From IMG/VR virus record IMGVR_UViG_3300032805_000001, positions 1 to 64,000 of that record: a stretch of 64,000 bases of DNA. One strand, given 5' to 3'. The DNA comes from a virus. Below are positions 7,901 through 16,461 of the stretch, piece after piece. The notes under the pieces are model-generated. The model had not been told where the DNA came from. It saw only the letters and a program-made list of their open reading frames with translations, and did no database searches. The position numbers were made by a program, and so were the translations under genes. Positions within the stretch are counted from its first letter, which is position 1. Every line of letters begins with the position of its first letter.

Positions 7901-8981
7901 CATCCACGACGCCGACGGCATCCAGATCGGCATCGCCGGTGGTGTGCCGGGGGCGACGGCTGGCGGGGAACCGCCACGCTGGGACGGGGACGAGGCCCCG
8001 CACATCGTGACCGCCACCCCCCGCAGTGACGCGGAGGGGCGCGGGAACGTCCAGACGTACGGTGGCGGCAGCACCGGCGCCCCATACCGGGACCGCAGCG
8101 GCGAAACCCACGTGGGTGAGCCGCTCGATGCCGACGACGCGGACTGGCCGGAACATCGCGGTATACCGCCGAGGCCGGGACGGGACTGGCCCGCCCCGTA
8201 CATGGACGGCTACTGGCCGGCGGGGGGTCACGGGACCGGGCAGGCACCCGGCAGCCCGGTCGTGGGCGGGGAACGGGGCAGGCCGCCGAACGCGGTCGGG
8301 AAGAACGCCGCCGACCTGTCCGACCCGAACCCGGTCGAGTGGCCTCACGTGCAGGCCCTCATGGAGAAAAACTTCCCCGAGGACGTCCTTACCTGGGTGA
8401 AGGACGCGCACTGGATCGGCCCGGTTGAGGTGCCTCAGGACCGGATCGACACCTCCGATGAAGACTCGTGGGCGGCTTCGCATGAGCCGGAGGCGGTGCG
8501 CCGGTTCGCGCGGGACATCAAACGCGGCACCGGGCACACGCATCCGGTGATCCTTGTCCAGTCCCCGGAGGACAGCAAGGCCGTTGTGATCGACGGGCAT
8601 CACCGGACTCTCGCCTACCGGAAGCTGGGCCGGCCGGTGAAGGCGTACGTCGGGATGGTTGACAAGATCACCCCGGCGATGCTGGAAACGCACACGCGCC
8701 AGATTCATCAGGGTGCCGATCCGGCGAACAAGGCGGCCCGTGGCCGTACCGCTGCGGAAGTGCTCCGCGAGTACTGGACCCATGAAGGGCATCCCGGGCC
8801 GACACGGTACGCGCTCGAGCAGAAAATCCGCTGGGGCCAGCCGGATGACTGGTACCGGTGCGTGGATGAGCTGACGCCCTACGTCGGCGGTGAGGGTGCC
8901 AAGGGGTACTGTAATTTGCGCCACAAAGAGGTACTGGGTTACTACCCGGCGCAACATGCCGAGATGGAACGCGGTAAGTAG
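4950..8981 (+). CDS. Portal protein fused to MuF-like minor head domain, ParB-like domain and C-terminal head-associated domain
   Basis: Portal motifs (ARTCIERRK, PYGFS..EQAL, YYSEGTVP); MuF motif KQW..DGKVCGTC...PPNHPRCRC; ParB-like VILV...VIDGHHR; frame open from 4944 with probable ATC start at 4950 (ORF caller starts at 5295). Confidence 0.85.
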   Translation: MASPAAILRASKAAPGGARPTPAPQGPGIGQISPLAAQLANESGYANAYGPFLPRPARTFTEGAFGPFSPILPVPVDSPPPGGDLPDPRLWQGPVGWNLPTQPGSEGIKLASFATLKTLADTYSVARTCIERRKYEIAGLDWDIVPTREASKAYQGDHDAMRDFGERRAQAVKFFRQPDPDFFSFSGFLKAALEDVFVFDALSVLMKPKRGRGLRRGLLGSDLDCLNLIDGQTCRPLIGLHGEVPRPPAPYIQQYLFGVPRSDFPAMMTGRDIEEAGLKGAEAGSFSVDQMLYLPIVPRRQTPYGFSATEQALIVIMTGLRKQAYQLEYYSEGTVPAVYISPGDVNITPNQVRELQDALNAYANDQAWHHKVIVLPPGSRVDPQRPQDLADQFDEIIMTEVAMVYDVDPMSLGIIPKVSTVASPFAAREMAQASRTVHDRTSTKPLLKFLCDIFNTILHRVCGQDDMKFTFAGMDEAQDQAAQTDLLVKQVQNGIRSVDEAREELELTPWGLPETSGPVVFTQMGVAPFEWMPGAAIEEASSGGAYSGDDETPQDEGAAQASGTATQPRGVHHPPSSRPVGTHNPRLGLPSGGTRLHAETPPERAGRMGRTPAHSAAVGAHGTTRQGKAVKAELEALARHLRKGRDIGTWRAEHIPGTVLAVVAEDLTKGLTADEAVASAMTVVLPKAAYEWAEKANPPQQGSSQQQQSAQQAQQLARTYAQRIRAAFTAVAKAALRLIRMWLTGALAVTALALAGMIAELIRKHLTPVLAALWREAWHLGAATAEAVIRDEEPDWKGWEPGSTAAAGKPAAMDAWVASHGRDVIEGITTTRIPDLADALTRAAAAGESAETIAATIAVVLGFDQRADLIAVTETERGKNGGMTDTYRLAGVMQKQWVTMHDGKVCGTCRANEAQGWIVFDAPFQSGNLAPPNHPRCRCHLSARLAPAAAKKYARAVGVNGQEYWPADSYARGTAPGSGGPMPTIHDADGIQIGIAGGVPGATAGGEPPRWDGDEAPHIVTATPRSDAEGRGNVQTYGGGSTGAPYRDRSGETHVGEPLDADDADWPEHRGIPPRPGRDWPAPYMDGYWPAGGHGTGQAPGSPVVGGERGRPPNAVGKNAADLSDPNPVEWPHVQALMEKNFPEDVLTWVKDAHWIGPVEVPQDRIDTSDEDSWAASHEPEAVRRFARDIKRGTGHTHPVILVQSPEDSKAVVIDGHHRTLAYRKLGRPVKAYVGMVDKITPAMLETHTRQIHQGADPANKAARGRTAAEVLREYWTHEGHPGPTRYALEQKIRWGQPDDWYRCVDELTPYVGGEGAKGYCNLRHKEVLGYYPAQHAEMERGK

Positions 8982-9002
8982 CGAAGTTCCGGTTTTCCAC
9001 CT

Positions 9003-9024
9003 GCCCGCTCCGGCGGGCTTTTTT
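9003..9024 (+). terminator. Intrinsic terminator
   Basis: GCCCGC-TCCG-GCGGGC followed by TTTTTT after the portal stop. Confidence 0.75.
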
Positions 9025-9047
9025 CATGCCCACCGAAAGGAAGTCTC

Positions 9048-9539
9048 ATGGCAGGTCGCGTTTACACCGCCACATCCAACCTGGTTCCCTACACCGGCAC
9101 GTCGGCTACCCCGGTTGTGGCCGGGTCGGCGGCTACGACGATGACGATGGACATTCAGGCCATCCGGATCGGCATCTACTCCGGCGGCGGCGTGTCGTAC
9201 CCGAGCAACGGGGCGGTGCTGTGCCAGTTGTCCCGTGTCACCGGCGCCATCACCGGCGGTGCGGCGATGACGTCCCGGATCGCGCCGCACAACTCCGCCG
9301 ACATCGCTTCCAACATCGCCACGATGGCTGACGGTTCCACGGCGATCACCGGCCTGACGCAGGGCGTGAACCTGTGGCAGCAGTCCCTGCCGTTCACCGC
9401 CGGGGCGAACTGGGCGGAATGGGTCACGCCGGGCTCGGAGTGGCGGATTCCCGCCGCGGGTGAGTTCGCGGTCTACCTCACCGCGAGCTCGGCTGGCACG
9501 GCGACGGACTTCGGCGTCGAGCTGGTCTGGACCGAGTAA
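9048..9539 (+). CDS. Putative virion structural protein
   Basis: 163 aa, Thr/Ala/Gly-rich beta-type sequence, AAAGGAAG RBS. Confidence 0.65.
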   Translation: MAGRVYTATSNLVPYTGTSATPVVAGSAATTMTMDIQAIRIGIYSGGGVSYPSNGAVLCQLSRVTGAITGGAAMTSRIAPHNSADIASNIATMADGSTAITGLTQGVNLWQQSLPFTAGANWAEWVTPGSEWRIPAAGEFAVYLTASSAGTATDFGVELVWTE

Positions 9540-9567
9540 GTACCGGGCCTGGTGCTGGAGGGGTTCA

Positions 9568-10791
9568 GTGACCAGTTACCGGCTGATGGATGGCGCGGCC
9601 GGGCGGCCCGGGGTCGGGTCGTCCGGCACGCAGCCGCCGTCATCGTCGACCCCGTATTCCGGCACGATCGTGGAAGGTACCGCGTTCCAGGTCACGCAAG
9701 GGGCGATGTACCTGGAGGGGTTCTGGTGGTGGCGGGCTGACACCGCACAGTCGGCTAGCGCACAGTCGTTCTGCCTGTGGCAGGTGACTGGCACCACCCT
9801 GTCGGCGTCTGGTGGCCTGTTCGTGCCCGGCAGCCAGATGACGTCCGGTGCCCTGTCGGTGGGCTGGAATTATGTTCCGCTGCCTGCCCCGTTCGCGCTG
9901 ACCCCTAACACTCCGTACCGGGCGCAAACAGGGCTGAGCAACAATTTCCCGGACACGCAGAACCAGTACGGCGCCTTCCCGCAGCCGTACTCTGCGGGGA
10001 TCACGAACGGGCCGCTGATGGCCTATTCCGATTCTGGGGGGTCCGCGTATTTCCCGGTGTGGACGGGAGGTACGTCCGGCGGGGCGCAAAGCGGTTTCAG
10101 TACGGCGAGCGCTGACCCCACAGCCACCTATGCTGGCGCTTCCTCGAACAGTTTCCTGTGCTGGCTTGATGTGCAGGTCACTGATCAGGCGCCGGCGGGG
10201 GCGTCGTACCGGATCTGGCCGAACTACCCGGCCGGTGGCCCGCTGCGCACCGATGATTCTAACGGGTACACGATCGGCACCGAGTTCACCCTCAGCGAGC
10301 CGTGCACCCTCAACGCGATCTGGTGGTACTCGCCGGCCGGGGCGGCGGACCTGCCGTCCTGGTGCGGGATCTGGGATGTGGGCAGCCAGGCGATCGTCGC
10401 CGGCACCGGTAACAACTCCCCGTCCTGGTCGGGGGCGGCCGGGGCCGGGTGGATCAAAGTCACCTACGACGGGTCGGTGACCCTCGCCGCGAATAAGGCG
10501 TACAAAACCAGCGTGTTTCATGCTGCGCTGTCCAATCACTGGTTCAGCGACGTCGCGGATTACTGGCACACGACTGGCGGTGGCGGGTACCCGGGGGCCA
10601 GCGGGATCACGAACGGGCCGCTGACCGCCCCGTCCGACCCCGCGTCCACCACAGGGCAGAGCAGTGAGCATCTGACCACCTTCGCCTATCCCGGTACCAC
10701 CGACGCCGGGGCGAATGACTGGACCGACGTTGAGGTCACTCCCGTCGTGGCGGCGCCGACCACCCTCTATCAGATGCGGAGTTTCCCGTGA
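9568..10791 (+). CDS. Tandem DUF4082-like beta-sandwich protein (putative glycan-binding virion protein)
   Basis: Two internally similar halves (GTxF...GxWWW/AIWWY...GWxxV...GITNGPL...WxDVxVT); GTG 9568 after GGAGGGG. Confidence 0.65.
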   Translation: MTSYRLMDGAAGRPGVGSSGTQPPSSSTPYSGTIVEGTAFQVTQGAMYLEGFWWWRADTAQSASAQSFCLWQVTGTTLSASGGLFVPGSQMTSGALSVGWNYVPLPAPFALTPNTPYRAQTGLSNNFPDTQNQYGAFPQPYSAGITNGPLMAYSDSGGSAYFPVWTGGTSGGAQSGFSTASADPTATYAGASSNSFLCWLDVQVTDQAPAGASYRIWPNYPAGGPLRTDDSNGYTIGTEFTLSEPCTLNAIWWYSPAGAADLPSWCGIWDVGSQAIVAGTGNNSPSWSGAAGAGWIKVTYDGSVTLAANKAYKTSVFHAALSNHWFSDVADYWHTTGGGGYPGASGITNGPLTAPSDPASTTGQSSEHLTTFAYPGTTDAGANDWTDVEVTPVVAAPTTLYQMRSFP

Positions 10792-11012
10792 GCGACGAGG
10801 AACGCCTGGCTTTCCGGGAGAAGATCACCTCTGTCGGGTTCGTGCGCGGGCCGGCGCGGCCGAAAGAGTACCGCCGCGATGACGGGGTGCGGGTGAAGGA
10901 AGTCACCGACGACGCGGGAAACATCACCCAGTACAGCAACACCGGGGACACGGAAAGCGTCGGTGTTGAGATACGTCCTTCGACCGTCGTGCAGAAGGTC
11001 ACGCAGCAATGA
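10788..11012 (+). CDS. Small hypothetical protein
   Basis: 74 aa, overlapping start/stop with both neighbours. Confidence 0.55.
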   Translation: MSDEERLAFREKITSVGFVRGPARPKEYRRDDGVRVKEVTDDAGNITQYSNTGDTESVGVEIRPSTVVQKVTQQ

Positions 11013-11386
11013 GCTGGCTTGATGACATGAAGGCCGATGCTTTGTGTCTCGCCGCGCCCGGTTTTGTGCTGGGAGAGGGAGATGAGATCCACGTCAAGGT
11101 GCGGTCAAGCGAGGGAGACCGGCTGTCCTCAGTCACCTTCGAGCCGGCATTTTTCGCCATTGACGTTGCGGTCTGGCGGCCGACCGGACGCGAGCTAGGC
11201 GAGTCGCTGCCGGGTCAGATCATATTCAGGTGGATGGCCACCGGGCAGAAGTACTACCACGCGATGTACCGGTGCTACCTAGGTAATGAGGCCCGGGATT
11301 TTCTGGTTGAGCTCATGAATCTGGGAAGCCAGGGTGCTTGTGACCGATCCCGACGGCATGCGGCGGTGAGTGATGGCCTGGGCTAG
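11009..11386 (+). CDS. Hypothetical protein
   Basis: 125 aa, ATGA coupling to upstream gene. Confidence 0.45.
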   Translation: MSWLDDMKADALCLAAPGFVLGEGDEIHVKVRSSEGDRLSSVTFEPAFFAIDVAVWRPTGRELGESLPGQIIFRWMATGQKYYHAMYRCYLGNEARDFLVELMNLGSQGACDRSRRHAAVSDGLG

Positions 11387-11855
11387 TTCTTATGTGGTCC
11401 CTTCCACCTTCGTCTCGGGGCTGGAAGCCAACGGCACCCGGATCAACCTTGACCTGTCCTCGGCTAATACGTCCAGTCTTTACATTGCGCTGTTCGACAA
11501 CACCGTCACTCCCAATGTGGACACCGACCCCCAGTCCTACAGTGCCGCCCCGTGGAACACTGGGGAGTCGACGGGAACGAACTGGGCTGCGGGTGGTGTC
11601 GCCCTGAACCTGTCAGGGGCCGGGCTCACCCACCAGTCCGGCGGTAACCTGCTGTTTACCGCGGGAAACGTCTCAGTGGCTAACACCACCCTGTCCGACG
11701 CGGTGTACGGATGCCTTATCTACGCTCAGGGACTATCTCCGAAGGCTGCCGTCTGCGCGGTGTGGTTCGGCGGGTCGGGTTACACGACCAGCGCGGGCCC
11801 GTTCGGGATCACCTGGCCGGCCAGCGGAATCTGGACTACCGCGTTCGTACCCTAG
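11373..11855 (+). CDS. Small phage fibre/structural subunit
   Basis: LYIALF...GESTGTNWAAGGVAL...FTAGNVS...GCLIY...FGITW pattern common in small phage fibre-associated proteins. Confidence 0.65.
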   Translation: MAWASSYVVPSTFVSGLEANGTRINLDLSSANTSSLYIALFDNTVTPNVDTDPQSYSAAPWNTGESTGTNWAAGGVALNLSGAGLTHQSGGNLLFTAGNVSVANTTLSDAVYGCLIYAQGLSPKAAVCAVWFGGSGYTTSAGPFGITWPASGIWTTAFVP

Positions 11856-11894
11856 GGGCGCCTTTCTGCCTCCTGGCCCTGATAAGGGGGGACT

Positions 11895-12953
11895 ATGGCT
11901 GGCGTCACCATAACCCCGAACACGATCGGCGGCCAGTTCACCCGCCTGATCGCCTACTTCCCGGCGATAGTCGTCACCAGCCAGAATGGGGGGCGTGTCA
12001 CGGTCGCCGGTTTCGCCGGCAGCGGGGCGCCCGTCGCCTTCGACTCGTTTAATACCGACAACGGGTCCACCAGCGGCATTGTGGGTAACTGGGTCGCCCT
12101 GGTCAGCTCCCAGGACCAGAAGATAGATCCCTGGGCGATACTCGGGACCGGTTTTGGTGACTTCGCACTGGGCTCCTGTGATCCGGCTATCGGCGAGGAC
12201 AACTTTTTCGCCCAGGACACTGGGCCCACTCCGCCCTCACCCGCCACGGTTAACTTTGTCGCCTACTACAGCAACGACTTTTTCTCCGGGGAAGTTGGCC
12301 CCTCCCAGAACGCTGTGCGTAACTCCGCGAACTGGACGTGCATTTCCAGTCAGCCGGTCCTCGGCGAAGGGGACCTTGGGTCGGTGAAGTGCTACCCGGC
12401 GAACCAGATATCGTTCAATACGGCCACCTCCGCGATTTCCGCGTTCAAAACGATCCGGGGTTACGCGAACACGACCAGCCCGATGAAACCTGCGAGCGCC
12501 ACCCCCAATATCCATTACGAGGCCGCCTGGGATATTTTCGGGAACGCGCACAACACTGGCGGGATCTCGCTGGAGATCATGTTCTGGACCTACAACCACA
12601 ACCAGGGCCCTTACGGGTTTTATCTCACCGAGACGGGGATTGACCTGTCCGGGGACGGGATGCTGTGGGACCTGTACATGACCGCGGATACTGTCGCGAC
12701 CGGCGGGGCTGCCACCAGCTACTCCTATGCCATCTGGTATTTGCAGGACGCGTACCAGGGTGACATTCAATGGGTGGATATTCTCGCCGGGCTGCGTTAC
12801 GTCTGCATAAATTATGTGGTCACCAGCAACGGCGCCCCCGCTAATCCCCTGGACTGCCCGCTGATCCAGATCACCCGGGGCTGGGAGCTGTGCTCTACGG
12901 AGTACACCCCGATGGAGTTCCGGATGAACGACTACCGCGTGATCATGGAATAG
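11895..12953 (+). CDS. Protein with GH12-like (endoglucanase/xyloglucanase fold) domain
   Basis: YEAAWDIF, LEIMFW..N.GP and GWE resemble the GH12 nucleophile and acid/base motifs. Confidence 0.6.
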   Translation: MAGVTITPNTIGGQFTRLIAYFPAIVVTSQNGGRVTVAGFAGSGAPVAFDSFNTDNGSTSGIVGNWVALVSSQDQKIDPWAILGTGFGDFALGSCDPAIGEDNFFAQDTGPTPPSPATVNFVAYYSNDFFSGEVGPSQNAVRNSANWTCISSQPVLGEGDLGSVKCYPANQISFNTATSAISAFKTIRGYANTTSPMKPASATPNIHYEAAWDIFGNAHNTGGISLEIMFWTYNHNQGPYGFYLTETGIDLSGDGMLWDLYMTADTVATGGAATSYSYAIWYLQDAYQGDIQWVDILAGLRYVCINYVVTSNGAPANPLDCPLIQITRGWELCSTEYTPMEFRMNDYRVIME

Positions 12954-12955
12954 CC

Positions 12956-14224
12956 ATGGCAGGCGCGACGGTCACCCCGCTGGCACGGTTCCCGCTTTTC
13001 ACCAGCATAGGCGTCCCGGCGATCACCGCCGGGGGTCTCGTTCTCGGCGTACAGCCCGGATATATGACGTACATGCCCTACCCGGACGGGGAAGGCGACG
13101 TCACCTGGAAAGGTGACCTGTTCGGGCTGACCGCCCCGGCCGGGTCGAATGTCTGGTACATCGCCGTCACCATCACCTACCGGGTGTCCACCCTCGCGGC
13201 TTTCAGCCTGATCACGGCGCAGCTTTACATCGCCGGCAGCCCTGTCGGGTCGCCGGCGTCTTTTACGCCGAGCATAACCCCCGCGACCGGGACGGTTTTC
13301 TATACCGGGGGGGTCACCCCGGCGGATCTGCCCACGCTGGCGGTACAGGTAACGTTTCACCAGACGCGAATTGGACTGGCGTACGTCACTCAGGCGTACG
13401 CGGCAGCGGACTATTCCTCCGCTGATTCGGTGGGGATTTTCACCGTCACCGGGAAAACCTCGAGCGCCGTCCCGGCGCTTCAGGTCTCCTCTCCCGCGAC
13501 GGCCACCCTGGTCGCCCAGGGGGCCGTGGTGCAGACCCTCATACCCTCTTTCGGGCAGCCCACAACGGCGGGGGACCTGCTGATTGGGTGGACGCTGAAC
13601 AACAGCAGCTCCCCCACGTTCGACACCACCTGCAATGATCCGGCCTGGGCGCTTATCGGGTACGCCGGCGGCAGTTACGGGTGGCGTTCCCTGTGGTACA
13701 GGGCCGGGTGCGCCGCGGGTGAGATCGCGCCTGTCTTCAGCGGCGGCGGGGCTTTTTCCATGTCCCAGTTGCTGGAGTTCTCCGGGGTGACGGCCCTCGA
13801 CCAGTCGGGGGCGTTCTACACGGCCAGCCCGGACTTCACCATGTCCGAATCCGCGACGGATACCACCTCCGGGGATCTGGTTGTGGCGGTCACGATATGG
13901 GGGGGCGGGAGCGCGGTCACCCCGATCACCTCATCAGTGACAGGGACAGATTCTTCCGGGGCGGCGCTGGCGCTGACCACGTACACGAACGATTCCACCA
14001 CCGGCCAGGCACCGTACGCCTTCACCTGGGGGCAGGCGGGTATCCCGGTGGGGCCCGGCCTCACCGGGATTTCCGCGACGCTTTCCGCTTACGGCAACAG
14101 CGCCGCCATCCTCGCCACATTCCACCCCGCCACCGCGCCCGCCAGCATCCCCGGGCCTGCCGTGACCTTGCGGGGGCCAGCCCGCCGTGTCATCGCCGTG
14201 CCTTTCTACGCCGGGCGGCGGTGA
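12956..14224 (+). CDS. Putative virion accessory protein
   Basis: 422 aa, TAGDLLI/TSGDLVV beta-sandwich repeats, Pro/Arg C-terminal tail. Confidence 0.6.
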   Translation: MAGATVTPLARFPLFTSIGVPAITAGGLVLGVQPGYMTYMPYPDGEGDVTWKGDLFGLTAPAGSNVWYIAVTITYRVSTLAAFSLITAQLYIAGSPVGSPASFTPSITPATGTVFYTGGVTPADLPTLAVQVTFHQTRIGLAYVTQAYAAADYSSADSVGIFTVTGKTSSAVPALQVSSPATATLVAQGAVVQTLIPSFGQPTTAGDLLIGWTLNNSSSPTFDTTCNDPAWALIGYAGGSYGWRSLWYRAGCAAGEIAPVFSGGGAFSMSQLLEFSGVTALDQSGAFYTASPDFTMSESATDTTSGDLVVAVTIWGGGSAVTPITSSVTGTDSSGAALALTTYTNDSTTGQAPYAFTWGQAGIPVGPGLTGISATLSAYGNSAAILATFHPATAPASIPGPAVTLRGPARRVIAVPFYAGRR

Positions 14225-14225
14225 A

Positions 14226-15632
14226 GTGACCGCATCATATATTGCTCAGTTCAGCGGTGATGGCACCTATTTCCTGGATCAGAACGGCCAGCCGATTTTC
14301 GTTGTCAATGACGCGATCTGGTGTCTGCTGATCAATGCGGGCCGGTGGAGCAGCGGCAACTGGCAGTCTGAGATCAGCACATACATGGCGTCGCGGGCGG
14401 CGCAGGGCTACAACCTGGCCGAGATCACCGCGTTCAGCTACCCGGCGACCGGAGTCTGGGATTTCGTGTACACCGATGGCCGCCTGTGGGACGGGACCTG
14501 GCCGTTTACCACCCAGATGAACCCCACGACGGGGATGAACAATACCTACTGGCAGCGGCTCGATTACATCATCGACCAGGGCGCCGCCAACGGGATCACG
14601 GTAACGTTCAACGCCACCACCGCAGGGGTAGGGAACACCACCGTACAGGGCTGGAGCACCGCGCAGTGGACCGCGTACGGCACGGCGCTGGGAAACCGGT
14701 ACAAGACCAAGCCGAACCTGCTCTGGAACGCCGGGGACGACTATTTCGGCGGGCAGGACACCGGGATCACGGCGATGCGGGCGGCGATCACCGCAGCGGG
14801 GGACTCCCATCCGCAGACGATCATGGGGTATCAGGAGACGACCAGCCGCACCGATATTTACACGGGGGCACCATACGCCTCGGGAAGTAGCTGGGCGCAG
14901 TACGACTGGGTGTACACCTACAACGTGTCCTACCCGGGGATCATCGTCGCGAACAATGAATCCCCCCGGAACCCGGTCATCTACGCGGACGGGCAGAACT
15001 ACCTGTACTCCGGGATCGACTCCACCGACGCACTGGAACGGCGGATGCTGTGGTGGGCACTGTCATCCGGGGTCGCCGGGATCGGCACCGGCGACTACAA
15101 CGTGTCCGGGTGGGACAGCAGCGGCGTGCAGGCCATCATCAGCAGCACCGGTACGTTCTACATAAACTCGATGCCCATCATCACGACGGCGTTCCGGGCG
15201 CTGACGGGCTGGTGGAAGCTCCGCCCGGACTCTGCCAGCCATCTGGTGACAGGCGGGCGGGGCACCCCCACCCCGCCGATCACCTCCGGCGGCGGCGGCG
15301 CCTATTTCACCGGCGACGCGGACGGTTACGTGACGGCGGCGCTGGCCACGGACGGGTCACTGGCGGTGATCTACTGCGCGCACGCTTTCAGCATCACGAT
15401 CAATGAGGCGAAAGTCGGCGGGCACGGTAATTACACCGCGAAATGGCTGGACCCGCACAGCGGCACGACGTACACGGCGACCACCGGGACCACCTACAAC
15501 TCGGGGGCCGCCGATGGTTCCAAGCCGGTGGGTAACTCTGACACTAACCACCCGGCAGACTGGGCGCTGATACTCCAGGGCATCGAGCAGCCCACCCCGG
15601 TTCTTGTGGGTGCCTCCATGCGGCGGATTTGA
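14226..15632 (+). CDS. DUF4038/GH140 (apiosidase-like) glycoside hydrolase with C-terminal collagen-binding-like domain
   Basis: YFLDQNGQPIF..DAIW, RAAQGYN, YWQRLDYII, LGNRYK.KPNLLWNAGDD, and C-terminal AKWLDP.SG...DWALIL. Confidence 0.7.
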   Translation: MTASYIAQFSGDGTYFLDQNGQPIFVVNDAIWCLLINAGRWSSGNWQSEISTYMASRAAQGYNLAEITAFSYPATGVWDFVYTDGRLWDGTWPFTTQMNPTTGMNNTYWQRLDYIIDQGAANGITVTFNATTAGVGNTTVQGWSTAQWTAYGTALGNRYKTKPNLLWNAGDDYFGGQDTGITAMRAAITAAGDSHPQTIMGYQETTSRTDIYTGAPYASGSSWAQYDWVYTYNVSYPGIIVANNESPRNPVIYADGQNYLYSGIDSTDALERRMLWWALSSGVAGIGTGDYNVSGWDSSGVQAIISSTGTFYINSMPIITTAFRALTGWWKLRPDSASHLVTGGRGTPTPPITSGGGGAYFTGDADGYVTAALATDGSLAVIYCAHAFSITINEAKVGGHGNYTAKWLDPHSGTTYTATTGTTYNSGAADGSKPVGNSDTNHPADWALILQGIEQPTPVLVGASMRRI

Positions 15633-15638
15633 GGTTCC

Positions 15639-16382
15639 ATGGCTGTCGCGTTTGACGCTGTAGGCCCTGCAGGGGGGGGCGGCACGTCACTAACCACCAG
15701 CCCGGTCACCTGGACTCACACGGTGGGCTCGGTTGCCCTCCCGGTGGTGCTTGTGGGAGTAGCGGTCGGGATGAGTTCCGGGGTGAGCCTCAGTACCACC
15801 AGCGTCACCTACGCAGGCGGGAGCATGACCCCGCTGACCTCGAAGATTCCGTCCAACAATGCGGATTATGGGTACCTGCAGGTGTTCGGCAAGTCGGGGG
15901 TGGCGACAGGGGCCGGCACCATTGTGGCGACCACCAGCGGCGGGGCGGCTGTCCTGTCGGTGAACTGCGGGTCGCTGTCGTTCGCGAACGTGAGCCAGAC
16001 CACCCCGTTCGGCACCGCCGGAACTGCAGCCAGCAATGGGCCAATGACGGTCACGTTGCCGTCCAGCACCATCGGGAACATGGTGGCCGGGATCGTGGGC
16101 GGTGCTCCGATCGGCGCAGTGTCCGGGTCGGGTACCCGCCAGTACCTGGACAACTTTGAAACGGAGTCGGCGTGCGGGAACACGTCGGGGCAGACGCTGA
16201 CGTCCACGGGAAGCTCAATGGCGGTCGGCTGGACGACGTCCGACTGGTTCGCTATCGCCGCGCTTGAAGTGCTGTCGGGGGCTACACCCGGGCCACCGCT
16301 GACAGATGCCCCAGTCCCAGTGAACATGCCTTTTGTGGTGACAGGCCGGGCCGGCCGGCGGAACGCGGGCCACAGCCGCTAA
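15639..16382 (+). CDS. Putative virion accessory protein
   Basis: 247 aa Thr/Ser/Gly-rich beta domain with Pro/Arg C-terminal tail. Confidence 0.6.
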   Translation: MAVAFDAVGPAGGGGTSLTTSPVTWTHTVGSVALPVVLVGVAVGMSSGVSLSTTSVTYAGGSMTPLTSKIPSNNADYGYLQVFGKSGVATGAGTIVATTSGGAAVLSVNCGSLSFANVSQTTPFGTAGTAASNGPMTVTLPSSTIGNMVAGIVGGAPIGAVSGSGTRQYLDNFETESACGNTSGQTLTSTGSSMAVGWTTSDWFAIAALEVLSGATPGPPLTDAPVPVNMPFVVTGRAGRRNAGHSR

Positions 16383-16461
16383 GGGGAGGTTCCGCAGCCC
16401 GCAGGGAAGGGGAGAGGTTCGCAGTCCGTAAGGGAGGTCACGTAGCCGGCAGGGAGGTCGC

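Noticed and set aside
5064-8957. Long minus-strand ORFs opposite the portal (also opposite protease, capsid, tail and GT genes)
   Set aside because: Typical high-GC shadow ORFs, Arg/Pro-rich with no motifs.
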